NCBI GenBank assembly: GCA_963844175.1
Contig: CAWJNE010000019.1
Span: 727 to 64,726, forward strand
Origin: an uncultured Acidimicrobiia bacterium
GTDB lineage: Bacteria > Actinomycetota > Acidimicrobiia > Acidimicrobiales > Ilumatobacteraceae
Direction of reading: 5' to 3'
Length of the DNA stretch: 64,000 bases
Shown: positions 47,327-56,291 of the stretch, in pieces
How positions within the stretch are numbered: position 1 is the stretch's first letter
How the letters are laid out: every line of letters begins with the position of its first letter
Notes under the pieces: model-generated
The model's input: the letters and a program-made list of their open reading frames with translations, nothing else
The model's database searches: none
What the model was told of the DNA's origin: nothing
Made by a program: the position numbers and the translations under genes

Positions 47327-48151
47327 CAGCGGGCGGGGAGCACGACGGCGGACTGCAGGGCCAGCGTGAGGGCGATGCTCGCCGGCGGGCCGCCGTAGGT
47401 GCTCGGCGTCGCCGGCGCGGGCGCGGGGGTCGTGGTGGCCGCCATCGGCACGCCCGGGCGGATGTCGATCAGCCGCACGGTGCCGTCCGGGCGGGCGACC
47501 CAGTCGACGTCGTGCTGGCCCTCGAACGTGCGGTCGACACGCCTGGTCAGGCGGGCGAGGGCGGCCAGCAGCTCGGTCGGCGGGTGGGTGTCGACCCCGG
47601 CCGACAGGACCTCGCGGGTGCGGCCGTGGTGGTCGATCTCGGCGACCCAGATCTGCTCGGGCAGTGGACTCGGCGACGGCGGCGACGACGGGTCGGGGGC
47701 GCCGGCCGGTGGCGTCGGCGAACATCACGCCGCGCCACGCCGCCTCGGCGACGGGCTGGACGAGGACGGCCGTGCGGTCGTCGTGCAACGCTTCGACGGC
47801 GGCGGTGAACTCGGGAGCGTCGGCGACGGTCCGCACGTCGCCGACGACCCCGAGCTCCCTGACCGCCCGGTTCCCGCGATCAAGTGACGAACGACGGACG
47901 ACGAGGGGGCGACCGCCGTCCTGGGAGATGATCCGCCAGACCTGGTGGGCCGCCCCGACCTGGTCACGGGACCAATCGACGGTGAGCACCACGCCGGTCC
48001 CGACGGGCAGGCCGGCGGCCCTGGCGACGGCCAGCGTCGCGGCCTTGCGCCCCACCCGGGCGGCATCGAAGGCCAACGGGTGATCCAGTGCGATCACGGG
48101 GGTCAGCGGCTCCACACCAGCACGCTGCCGGCCGAGCCATGTGAACGGCAT
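47327..48151 (-). pseudogene. PEP/pyruvate-binding (PPDK_N, ATP-grasp) domain protein, apparently frameshifted
   Basis: N-terminal ~150 aa (ARVGRKAATLAVARAAGLPVGTGVVLT...VLVQPV...RGVMFADATG) are in one frame. The plausible C-terminus (PEQIWVAEIDHHGRTREVL...FEGQHDVDWVARPDGTVRLIDIRPG) is in another frame that ends at TGA 47327. Confidence 0.5.
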
Positions 48152-48192
48152 GGGGACGACATGGGGGGCCGTCCTCCACGACTCAGCGAGTA

Positions 48193-48272
48193 GTTCCCGA
48201 GCGTTCGTGGTGCAATGTGCGTGTGATGTGAGGTCGGCCTTGACCGACCCAGCGAGCGGAGCTCGCCATCAG
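48193..48272. repeat. diverged copy of the dispersed repeat family
   Basis: GTTCCCGAGCGTTCG...GGTCGGCCTTGACCGACCCAGCGAGCGGAGCTCGCCATCAG. Its terminal CCATCA contains the stop codon of the hydrolase gene. Confidence 0.6.
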
Positions 48273-49447
48273 TCGTCGTTGAAGGCGAGGCAGGCGGCCG
48301 CCTCCTGGACGTCCAGCAGGGCCTGGAAGACCTCGCCGTCGGGTCCCTCGGAGTGCTGCGTGCGCTGCAAGTTGATCGTCGTGGTCACGCTGCGCTCGCC
48401 GTCGCTGCTGGCGGCGGCGAGCTGTGTGAAGCCGAAGATGTTGCCGGTGTGGCCGTACAGCCGGCCGCACGCCGTGTCGTACCGGTACAGCCCCGGCCCG
48501 GAGGCGTTGCGACCCGGCCCGCTCGGCTCGGAGCTGGCACCCGGGATGAAGGTGGCCTGCTGCTGCTCCCGGAGGCTGTCACCGAACAGCTCCCCGCTGA
48601 CATAGCCCCGGATGAACGCGTTGACGTCGGCCGGCGTCGACACCACGCCCCCCGACGTCCAGGTCCAGCCGGCGGAGAACCCGAACGTCACGTCCTCGAG
48701 CGGCTCGCCGGGAGCACCGGCATACCCGTGGATGAACGGCTCGGGCAGCGCGTCGTCCGTGGGCAGGCTCGTCTGATCCAGGTCCAACGGATCGAGCACC
48801 TCGGACTGGAGGACCTCGGCGAACGGACGACCCGTGACCGCTTCGACCATCAGGCCGACGACGACCGTGTCGGTGTTGGAGTAGGCGTACTGCGCGCCGG
48901 AGGGGAAGACCAGCGGGTCGTCCTCGACGATCCCCACGAGGCCTCGTGGATCCGGCGCCGGCGAGTCGGGCTCGGTCAACGCGTCGTCACGGAACGTGTC
49001 GGTGGCGGTGTAGTCGGGGAGCCCGCTCGAGTGGTCGAGCAGCTGGCGCAGGGTGACGCCGGCCCAGGCCTCGGGGAGGTCGGGCAGCCGCTGGCCGATC
49101 GTGTCGTCGAGCGACAGCAGACCGTCGTCGACGAGCGCCAACGCCGTGGCGGCGGTGAAGGCCTTGGCGACGCTGGCCATGCGCATGTGCTGGTCAACGG
49201 CCGGGACGATGTCGGTGCCGACTTCGGCCACGCCGCGCGCCACGACCGTCCGCTCCTCGCCGACCTGGACGACGACGATGGCGCCGGGCGGCCCGCTGGG
49301 CATCGCCACCAGCTCCTCGACCGCTTGCTCCAGCCGCGCCGACGCGCCCTCCGGATCGACCGGACCGGACCCGCCGTCGCAGGCTGCGGCCGTCGCCGCC
49401 GCCAGCAGCACCGCCAACGCTGGGACGAGAGCCCGCCGAACCCGCAC
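48269..49447 (-). CDS. beta-lactamase-fold serine hydrolase lipoprotein (D-Ala-D-Ala carboxypeptidase-like)
   Basis: GTG 49447 (VRVRRALVPALAVLLAAATAAACDGG lipobox). SxxK motif ASVAKA. LLDHSSGLPDY. Confidence 0.8.
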   Translation of the reverse strand: MRVRRALVPALAVLLAAATAAACDGGSGPVDPEGASARLEQAVEELVAMPSGPPGAIVVVQVGEERTVVARGVAEVGTDIVPAVDQHMRMASVAKAFTAATALALVDDGLLSLDDTIGQRLPDLPEAWAGVTLRQLLDHSSGLPDYTATDTFRDDALTEPDSPAPDPRGLVGIVEDDPLVFPSGAQYAYSNTDTVVVGLMVEAVTGRPFAEVLQSEVLDPLDLDQTSLPTDDALPEPFIHGYAGAPGEPLEDVTFGFSAGWTWTSGGVVSTPADVNAFIRGYVSGELFGDSLREQQQATFIPGASSEPSGPGRNASGPGLYRYDTACGRLYGHTGNIFGFTQLAAASSDGERSVTTTINLQRTQHSEGPDGEVFQALLDVQEAAACLAFNDD

Positions 49448-49465
49448 GCCCGGACAGTACAGCTC

Positions 49466-49565
49466 CTGGTTCCCGAGCGTTCGGGGCGCAGCGAGCACGG
49501 ATGGTCAGGCCGGCCTTGCCCGGCCCAGGTCGAGGAGCGAAGTCTTCGGAGCGAGCGAGGCCCAC
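49466..49565. repeat. copy of the dispersed repeat family
   Basis: GTTCCCGAGCGTTCGGGGCGCAGCGAGCACGGATGGTCAGGCCGGCCTTGCCCGGCCCAG...GAGCGAAGTCTTCGGAGCGAGCGAGG, directly abutting the ychF stop. Confidence 0.7.
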
Positions 49566-50654
49566 TTAGACGTTGAAGCGGAACTCCATCACGTCGCCGT
49601 CGCGGGCGACGTAGTCCTTGCCCTCGAGGCGGAGCTTGCCGACCTCCTTGGCTTTGGTCCAGGAGCCGAGGTCGAGCAGCTCCTGCCAGTCGATCACCTC
49701 GGCGCGGATGAAGCCGCGCTGGAAGTCGGTGTGGATCCGTCCGGCGCACTGCGGTGCCGTCGATCCCTCGACGAACGTCCAGGCCCGGCTCTCCTTGTCT
49801 CCCGTCGTGAGGAACGTGCGCAGGCCGAGGAGGTGGTAGGCGCTGCGGACCATCCGGAACAGCGCGCCCTCGCCGAGGCCCAGGCCGGTCAACACCTCGG
49901 CCCGTTCGACCGGGTCCTCGATCGCCGCCGCCTCCGCCTCCAGCTGCACGCACATGCCGATCGTCTCGACGTCCTCGCCGGCGTCGGTCAGCTCGGCGCG
50001 CACCACCGCTTCGAGCTCGGGGATCCTGTCGAGGTCGTCCTCACCGACGTTGACCACAGCGAGAACGCGTCGGTTGGTCAGCAGGAAGTGCGGCGCCAGG
50101 GTCGCCCGATGGTCAGCGTTGAGCCCGGCCCGGTAGAGGGGGCGGCCCTCGGCCAGCGCGTCGTTGGCGGCCTGGAGGGCGGCCAACTCGTCGCCGAGCG
50201 AGCGGTCGAGCTTGGACTGGCGCTGCACCTGGGAGAGCCGCTTCTCGACCGTCTCGAGGTCGGCCAAGGCCAGCTCCAGCTCCAGGACCCTGAGGTGCTC
50301 CAGCGGGTCGGACGGTCCCGTCACGTCGTCGTCGACGAAGGCACGCAGGACGAAGACGATGGCATCGACCTCGCGGATGTTGGCGAGGAAGCGGTTGCCG
50401 AGGCCTTCGCCCTTGCTGGCGCCTTCGACCAGGCCGCCGATGTCGACGACCTCGACGGCTGCGTGCACGACGTTGCGGCTGGCCGACATCTCGGCCAGCC
50501 GGTCGAGTCGTTCGTCCGGCACCTTGGCGACGCCGATGTTGGGGTCCTTGGTGGCGAAGGCGTAGGGGGCGGCCAGGGCGCCACCGCCCGTCAACGCGTT
50601 GTAGAGCGAGCTCTTGCCGGCGTTGGGGAGGCCGACCAGGCCGAATCGCTCCAT
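49566..50654 (-). CDS. ychF: redox-regulated ATPase YchF
   Basis: GLVGLPNAGKSSLYNALT and the C-terminal TGS/YchF region DFQRGFIRAEV. Confidence 0.95.
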   Translation of the reverse strand: MERFGLVGLPNAGKSSLYNALTGGGALAAPYAFATKDPNIGVAKVPDERLDRLAEMSASRNVVHAAVEVVDIGGLVEGASKGEGLGNRFLANIREVDAIVFVLRAFVDDDVTGPSDPLEHLRVLELELALADLETVEKRLSQVQRQSKLDRSLGDELAALQAANDALAEGRPLYRAGLNADHRATLAPHFLLTNRRVLAVVNVGEDDLDRIPELEAVVRAELTDAGEDVETIGMCVQLEAEAAAIEDPVERAEVLTGLGLGEGALFRMVRSAYHLLGLRTFLTTGDKESRAWTFVEGSTAPQCAGRIHTDFQRGFIRAEVIDWQELLDLGSWTKAKEVGKLRLEGKDYVARDGDVMEFRFNV

Positions 50655-50667
50655 CGGCCGGCCGAGG

Positions 50668-51456
50668 CTATCGAGCGCCGTCGACCATGGCCCGGGAGGC
50701 GGCCAGCACGACCCGGGCCCGCTCGACGGCGTCGGGGTAGCCCGTGCGCAGCGCGGCCGAGCGCAGCTCCATGCTGAACGGCGTCGACGGGGGGAGCACC
50801 GACATCAGGTCGTCGAGGGGGAGCGCGCCGTCACCGGGCAGCAGGCGGCCGTCGAGGGCTTCGGCCACGAGGCCGTCCTGGGGTGGCCGCGCCGCCGGCG
50901 CGTCGCAGAGCTGGGCGTAGGGGAGCAGCGCCGGGTCGAGGGCGGCGACGTCGGCCGGTACACCTCCAGCCCGGTCGAGGTGGAGGGCGTCGACGAGCAC
51001 GCCACCGGCGGGATGACCGGCGGCCTGGACCACTCCGACGGCGTCGGCGAGCGTGCGCACGGTCGTGAAGCGCATGAACTCGAGGACCGGGCGGACGCCG
51101 ACCGTGTCGGCGTGGCCGCACAGCTCGGCGAACTGGGCGGCGGTGCGGGCGAGGTCCGGATCGAGGCTGATCGTCAGCACGAACTCGGCGCCGACGTCGG
51201 CGGCGATGTCGACCACGCGTTTGGGGTCGTCGAGCGAGCGGTCGGCGGCGAGCCGGATGACCTCGGCGTCGAGAGCGCGCAGCCCGGTGTCGGCGAGGCG
51301 GGTGCGCACGTCGGCGGCCACCGCGGGTGTCCACGTCGCCAGATCGACCCACACACCCGAGGCGTCGAACCCGGCCGCGGCGGCGGCCGACACGGTGTCC
51401 GGCGGCGAGCACTCCGGCACCGTCCCCGCCGCCAACGACAACCGGTGGGCTCCCAC
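50668..51456 (-). CDS. sugar phosphate isomerase/epimerase (xylose isomerase-like TIM barrel)
   Basis: GTG 51456 with AAGGGG upstream. VLEFMRFT...VLVDALHLDRAGG pattern. Confidence 0.65.
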   Translation of the reverse strand: MGAHRLSLAAGTVPECSPPDTVSAAAAAGFDASGVWVDLATWTPAVAADVRTRLADTGLRALDAEVIRLAADRSLDDPKRVVDIAADVGAEFVLTISLDPDLARTAAQFAELCGHADTVGVRPVLEFMRFTTVRTLADAVGVVQAAGHPAGGVLVDALHLDRAGGVPADVAALDPALLPYAQLCDAPAARPPQDGLVAEALDGRLLPGDGALPLDDLMSVLPPSTPFSMELRSAALRTGYPDAVERARVVLAASRAMVDGAR

Positions 51457-51544
51457 GTCGTGCAGCCTGCCCCTTGGCCGGTTCTGACGACGATCCGGGC
51501 TGGATTCCCGCCCCGATCCAGGCGCGGAATGCCATCGTGGGGTC

Positions 51545-51919
51545 ATGGCGTCGCGGCTGGAGCAGCTCGTCGAGTCGCTCGAGCTCGATGGCGGCGAGCA
51601 CGTCCTCGAGGTCGGGTTCGGGCACGGTGTGGCGGCGACGCTGGTGCTGGAGCGGCTGACGACGGGCACGTACACGGGCGTCGACCGGTCGGCGAAGATG
51701 GTCGCCGCGGCGGTGCGGCGCAACCGCGATGCCGTCGACGCCGGGCGGGCCCGGTTCCTGGAGGCGTCGTTCGCCGACGCCGACCTGCCCAGCGGCGGCT
51801 TCGACGTGATCTTCTCCGCCCGCGTCGTGGCGATGTTCCGCCCGCCCGAGCAGGCGCTGGCCCAGCGGCTCGTGCGCGCCGGCGGCCGCCTCATCCTGGC
51901 CCACGACGCCCCGCCGTGA
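51545..51919 (+). CDS. short class I SAM-dependent methyltransferase
   Basis: Motif I VLEVGFGHGVA and motif FDVIFS. Only 124 aa. Confidence 0.55.
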   Translation: MASRLEQLVESLELDGGEHVLEVGFGHGVAATLVLERLTTGTYTGVDRSAKMVAAAVRRNRDAVDAGRARFLEASFADADLPSGGFDVIFSARVVAMFRPPEQALAQRLVRAGGRLILAHDAPP

Positions 51920-51935
51920 CCGTTCAGGGCGCGGG

Positions 51936-52406
51936 TCAGTGCGCCGTTGCGGTGGTTGGCGACGGAAAGGGGTCGCGCAGGCTGAAGGCGTCGGGGGTTG
52001 GGCCGTCGCGGTGCAGGCGGTCGAGGCGCTCGATGGCGTCGTCGACGCTGGGCATGGCGCCGGCGGCGACCCACCAGCACACCAGCGAGGCTTCCTCCAT
52101 CCGCTCGAACCACGCTCGCCGGCGGCGCAGGAAGTCGGTGTGGCTGGTGCGGAACACGAAATCGCGCAGTGCGTCCGGCGACTCCCAGACCGACAGGTTG
52201 ATGATCATCAGCGGGTCGTCGTAGGCCCGCACGTAGCTGGACGACTGCCCCGAATCGTCCTGCAACCGCCACACGAACCCCGGTGACGATTCGGCCAGCG
52301 CGTTGACCATGTCCAACGCGTCGACGAACGGGGCCGTGTCGGGGTGGTCCAGCGGCTGGCGCAGGCGAGCGATGTTGAACTCGGCCAGCTGCCAGGAGGT
52401 CACCAT
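51936..52406 (-). CDS. DUF3291 domain protein
   Basis: LAEFNIARLRQPLDHP...SPGFVWRLQD...INLSVWES...HTDFLRRR pattern. Confidence 0.65.
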   Translation of the reverse strand: MVTSWQLAEFNIARLRQPLDHPDTAPFVDALDMVNALAESSPGFVWRLQDDSGQSSSYVRAYDDPLMIINLSVWESPDALRDFVFRTSHTDFLRRRRAWFERMEEASLVCWWVAAGAMPSVDDAIERLDRLHRDGPTPDAFSLRDPFPSPTTATAH

Positions 52407-52499
52407 GTCGATCGTTCGCTCGTCCAGTGGGGCACTGGTGCCGTGCTGGACGTGGGACGCTCGCTCACACCGTCAGGGTATGCGCCTACCCTGGCCGGC

Positions 52500-53513
52500 G
52501 TGACGCCCTCGGAAGCACTGGATCGTGTCGTCCACTACCTCGACCGGGCCCACGACAAGGGCTTCAAGGCCAAGGCCTTCGTCCGGGCGCGCGACGTCGT
52601 GCGGTCGACCGACCCGGCTGAGCTGGCCGAACGGGCGGCCGCCGGCACGCTGACCAAGCTCGACGGCATCGGCGACTCGACCGCCGCCGTGATCACCGAG
52701 GCCCTGAACGGCGAGATCCCGCAGTACTTGGCCCGGCTGGAAGCGGCGACGCAGGTCCCGATCACGCCCGAGGGGCAGCGCTACCGGGACGCCCTGCGCG
52801 GCGACTGCCACCTCCACTCGACGTGGAGCGACGGTGGCGCACCCATCGAGGACATGGCGGCGACGGCCCGAGCCCTCGGCCACGAGTACATGGTCCTGAC
52901 CGACCACTCGGCCCGGCTGACGATCGCCCACGGCCTCGACCGGGACCGGCTGGAGCGCCAGCTGGCCGACATCGACGCGCTGAACGCCGGCTTCGACGAC
53001 TTCCGCATCCTCACCGGCATGGAGGTCGACATCTTCGAGGACGGCGGCCTCGACCTCGACGACGACCTCCTCGAGCGGCTCGACGTCGTCGTCGCCAGCG
53101 TCCACTCCAAGCTGCGCATGGAGCGCCAGCAGATGACCGAGCGGATGATCATGGCCGTCGCCAACCCGCACGTGGACATCCTCGGCCACTGCACCGGGCG
53201 GATGATCGGCAAGCGCCCGCCCTCGACGTTCGACGCCGACTACGTGTTCGCCGCCTGCAAGCAGTTCGGCACGGCCGTCGAGATCAACTGCCGTCCCGAG
53301 CGGCTCGACCCTCCCCGTGAGCTGCTCGACCTGGCCGTCGATTTCGGGTGCTGGTTCTCGATCGACACCGACGCCCACGCCACCGGTCAGCTGGAGTGGC
53401 AGCCCCTCGGTTGCGACCGGGCGGCCGAACGGCAGGTCCCGATCGACCGCGTGATCAACACGATGTCGGCCGACGACCTGCTCGCCTGGACGACGGCCTC
53501 GACGGGTGGCTGA
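52500..53513 (+). CDS. PHP-domain phosphoesterase with N-terminal helix-hairpin-helix region (PolX C-terminal-like, no polymerase domain)
   Basis: GTG 52500. LTKLDGIGDSTAAVI (HhH). CHLHSTWSDG...LTDHS...EVDI...SVHS...GHCTGR PHP metal-binding motifs. Confidence 0.75.
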   Translation: MTPSEALDRVVHYLDRAHDKGFKAKAFVRARDVVRSTDPAELAERAAAGTLTKLDGIGDSTAAVITEALNGEIPQYLARLEAATQVPITPEGQRYRDALRGDCHLHSTWSDGGAPIEDMAATARALGHEYMVLTDHSARLTIAHGLDRDRLERQLADIDALNAGFDDFRILTGMEVDIFEDGGLDLDDDLLERLDVVVASVHSKLRMERQQMTERMIMAVANPHVDILGHCTGRMIGKRPPSTFDADYVFAACKQFGTAVEINCRPERLDPPRELLDLAVDFGCWFSIDTDAHATGQLEWQPLGCDRAAERQVPIDRVINTMSADDLLAWTTASTGG

Positions 53514-54204
53514 TCCCGGCCCGCTCCTCGGCACCGGGCGGGCTGCCCTCGTCTACGAACTCGGCGGCGACCGGGTCCTGCGCCGCTACCGCCGCCCTCC
53601 TCGCCCCGGTCTGACCGAGCGCGAGGCGGCGGTGATGACCTACCTGCGGCGGCAGGGATACCCGGTCCCCGAGGTGTTCGACGCCGACGGCGCGGACCTC
53701 GTGATGGAGCGCTTGCACGGCACCACGATGCTCAGCGACCTCGAGTCGCACCCCTGGCGGGCGGATCGCCACGCTGCGACGTGGGCCGAGCTGGTCGGCC
53801 GACTGGCGACGGTCCCGGTGGGTGACCTCGAGACGGCCGGTGTGCCCGTGCGCTTCGGTGCGCCCGACGGCGTCCTGCACCTCGACTTCCACCCGGACAA
53901 CGTGATGCTGACGCCCAACGGTCCGGTCGTGTTCGACTGGTCCAACGCCTCGCTCGGCCCGCCGGCGGCCGAGGTCGCCCAAGCGTGGATCATCAGCGCT
54001 TCGAGCAGCGTCGACGGCCCGCGATGGAAGCGCGCCGTCGTGGGCGTGCTCCGCCGCCGGTTCATCGCCCAGTTCCTCCGCGCCAGCGACCGCGCCGCGG
54101 CCGAGGCGATCCTGCCCGTCGTCGCCGCCTACCGGCTCGAGGATCCGAACGTCCGTCCCGAGGAGGCCGCCCGCATCCACGCCCTCCTCGCCGACCCCTC
54201 CTGA
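53506..54204 (+). CDS. aminoglycoside phosphotransferase (APH)-family kinase
   Basis: GVLHLDFHPDNVMLTPNGPVVFDWSNA (HxDxxxxN...D catalytic pattern). Confidence 0.7.
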   Translation: MADPGPLLGTGRAALVYELGGDRVLRRYRRPPRPGLTEREAAVMTYLRRQGYPVPEVFDADGADLVMERLHGTTMLSDLESHPWRADRHAATWAELVGRLATVPVGDLETAGVPVRFGAPDGVLHLDFHPDNVMLTPNGPVVFDWSNASLGPPAAEVAQAWIISASSSVDGPRWKRAVVGVLRRRFIAQFLRASDRAAAEAILPVVAAYRLEDPNVRPEEAARIHALLADPS

Positions 54205-54205
54205 C

Positions 54206-54257
54206 CGTTTACGTCCGGATCCTGGTCGCACGTGCGACCAGGATCCGGACGTAAACG
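54206..54257. terminator. perfect 52-bp palindrome between convergent genes (bidirectional terminator candidate)
   Basis: CGTTTACGTCCGGATCCTGGTCGCAC|GTGCGACCAGGATCCGGACGTAAACG. The second half is the exact reverse complement of the first. Confidence 0.7.
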
Positions 54258-54260
54258 AGG

Positions 54261-55418
54261 TCACGCGCCGGCGAGGGCGGCGTAGGCGGTGAGGAGCAGG
54301 ACGGCGCCGCGCTGATCGCCGACGGTGCCCTCGCCCATCTTGTTCATCACGTACGAGAAGCTGAGGCGAGCGTCGCAGTCGATGATCGCCAGGGACCCGC
54401 CCCAACCACCCCAGAAGCAGGCCTTCTCGTTCGGGCTGATCGGCAGCTCCGGGGTCGGCAACCCGAACCCGATGCCGTGGCGCACGACCATCGGCAGCAC
54501 GAGGTCCTGGCCGTTGCACTGCTCGTCCCACACGATGTCGACACCGGCCTGCGACAGCAGCCGCGTCCCGTTGGCCTCCCCACCACACGCCATGGGGGTG
54601 TGCACCAGCGCCACGGCCCGAGCGTTGCCGTGCCCGCCGGCGGCGGGGATCTCGGCCCGCCGCCACGGGATCGTCGCCGACGCGGATGCGTCGAGCATCG
54701 GGTTGAGGAACGTGCGCATGGCGATCGAGTTGTGGTCGACCCCCTCGACCGACAACGGCATCGTCGGCGGGATGACGTGCGCCACCCGGCTGTCGTGCTC
54801 GGCCGCCGTGCCGATGTGGAAGTCGACGCCCAGCGGCCCGGTGATCTCGGCAGCGACGAACTCGCCGATCGTCTGCCCCGTGATGCGCCGCACCACCTCG
54901 CCCTCGAGGAACCCCTGGGTGACGGCGTGGTAGCCGGACGCCGTGCCCGGCTCCCACCACGGCTCCTGGGCGGCCAGCAGCGAGGTGACCTTCTCCCAGT
55001 CGTAGAGGTCGTCGACCGTGATCGGCTCCTGGAAGCCGGACAGCCCCGCCGTGTGGCTCATCAGGTGGCGGACCTCGATGTCTTCTTTGCCGCCGGCGGC
55101 GAACTCGGGCCAGTACTTCGACACCCGCCCGTAGGGGTCGAGCTCGCCCCGGTCGGCGAGCACCAGGCAGGCCAGCGCCGACACCGTCTTGGTCGTCGAC
55201 CAGACGTTGACGATCGTGTCCCGCTCCCACGGCACCCGTTGCGCCGCGTCGGTGTCGACCCGCCCACCCCACAGGTCGACGACCAGCTCGCCGTCGAGCG
55301 TGATCGCCACCGATGCGCCGTCGTCGAACATTATCCCGTCGTCGCGCTCGGTGAAGTTGGCGGCGAAGGCGTCGCGCACTGCGCTGAACCGGTCGTCACA
55401 CGTTCCGTGGATCTCCAT
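54261..55418 (-). CDS. beta-lactamase-fold serine hydrolase/esterase (cytoplasmic type)
   Basis: ATG 55418 (MEIHGTCDDRF). SxxK motif WSTTKT. HLMSHTAGLSGF. Confidence 0.8.
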   Translation of the reverse strand: MEIHGTCDDRFSAVRDAFAANFTERDDGIMFDDGASVAITLDGELVVDLWGGRVDTDAAQRVPWERDTIVNVWSTTKTVSALACLVLADRGELDPYGRVSKYWPEFAAGGKEDIEVRHLMSHTAGLSGFQEPITVDDLYDWEKVTSLLAAQEPWWEPGTASGYHAVTQGFLEGEVVRRITGQTIGEFVAAEITGPLGVDFHIGTAAEHDSRVAHVIPPTMPLSVEGVDHNSIAMRTFLNPMLDASASATIPWRRAEIPAAGGHGNARAVALVHTPMACGGEANGTRLLSQAGVDIVWDEQCNGQDLVLPMVVRHGIGFGLPTPELPISPNEKACFWGGWGGSLAIIDCDARLSFSYVMNKMGEGTVGDQRGAVLLLTAYAALAGA

Positions 55419-55442
55419 CTCCGGACCGTAACTTGAGCGTCC

Positions 55443-55928
55443 ATGTCGATCTTCACCCACCCGATCAAGACGCTGCGCGGCGACCCGACCACCCTGGCCG
55501 AGCACGAGGGCGAGACGCTCCTGCTCGTCAACGTGGCGTCGAAGTGCGGGCTGACCCCGCAGTACACCGGCCTGGAGCAGCTGCAGCAGACCTACGCCGA
55601 CCGTGGATTCAGCGTGCTCGGCTTCCCGTGCAACCAGTTCGGCGGGCAGGAGCCCGGCAGCGCTGAGGACATCGAGACGTTCTGCTCGACCACGTACGGC
55701 GTGTCGTTCCCGATGTACGAGAAGATCGACGTCAACGGCGGTGACCGGCACCCCATCTACACCGAGCTCACAGCGGTCGCCGACGACGAGGGCCACGACG
55801 GCGACATCCGCTGGAACTTCGAGAAGTTCCTCGTCGATCCGCAGGGCAACGTGACCCGCTTCAGCCCGATGGTCGCCCCCGAGGACCCCAAGTTGGTCGC
55901 CGCCATCGAGGGCGCGCTGCCCGCCTGA
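55443..55928 (+). CDS. gpx: glutathione peroxidase (Cys-type)
   Basis: LLLVNVASKCGLTPQY...LGFPCNQFGGQEPG...WNFEKFLV. Confidence 0.9.
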   Translation: MSIFTHPIKTLRGDPTTLAEHEGETLLLVNVASKCGLTPQYTGLEQLQQTYADRGFSVLGFPCNQFGGQEPGSAEDIETFCSTTYGVSFPMYEKIDVNGGDRHPIYTELTAVADDEGHDGDIRWNFEKFLVDPQGNVTRFSPMVAPEDPKLVAAIEGALPA

Positions 55929-56010
55929 GCCGGTCGCTCCGGCTGGCGAGCCGGCGTTTCGGAACTGCTACCGTCCGGCCGGCGGGCGCCTTATCACGAG
56001 AGGGAGATCA

Positions 56011-56241
56011 ATGGCAGACAGGCCTTCACCACGGATTCCGAAGAAGCACCTCGAGGTCCTTCAGAAGAGTGGACTGATCAATCCAGATGTGACCTTGGAG
56101 CAGGTCATCAACGCAGCGGCTGAACTTGATGCACTCGTCACCGAGTCAGAGAACTCCGTCCCGACGTTGATCGGACCGTTCTACGTGTACCACTCGATCG
56201 AAGCGATCGACGAGCTGACGAGTCCACGCCAGAAGAGCTAG
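56011..56241 (+). CDS. 76-aa hypothetical peptide, low-GC
   Basis: ATG preceded by GAGAGGGAG. MADRPSPRIPKKHLEVLQKSGLINPDVTLEQVINAAAELDALVTESENSVPTLIGPFYVYHSIEAIDELTSPRQKS. No family recognised. Confidence 0.5.
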   Translation: MADRPSPRIPKKHLEVLQKSGLINPDVTLEQVINAAAELDALVTESENSVPTLIGPFYVYHSIEAIDELTSPRQKS

Positions 56242-56291
56242 CACTCGCGCCGCACACGTCGACGCGGTCCTGCCATCTTGGCCACGCCCGT

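Noticed and set aside
55443-55928. Selenocysteine recoding in glutathione peroxidase
   Set aside because: The active-site residue is an ordinary Cys codon (VASKCGLT). There is no in-frame TGA.
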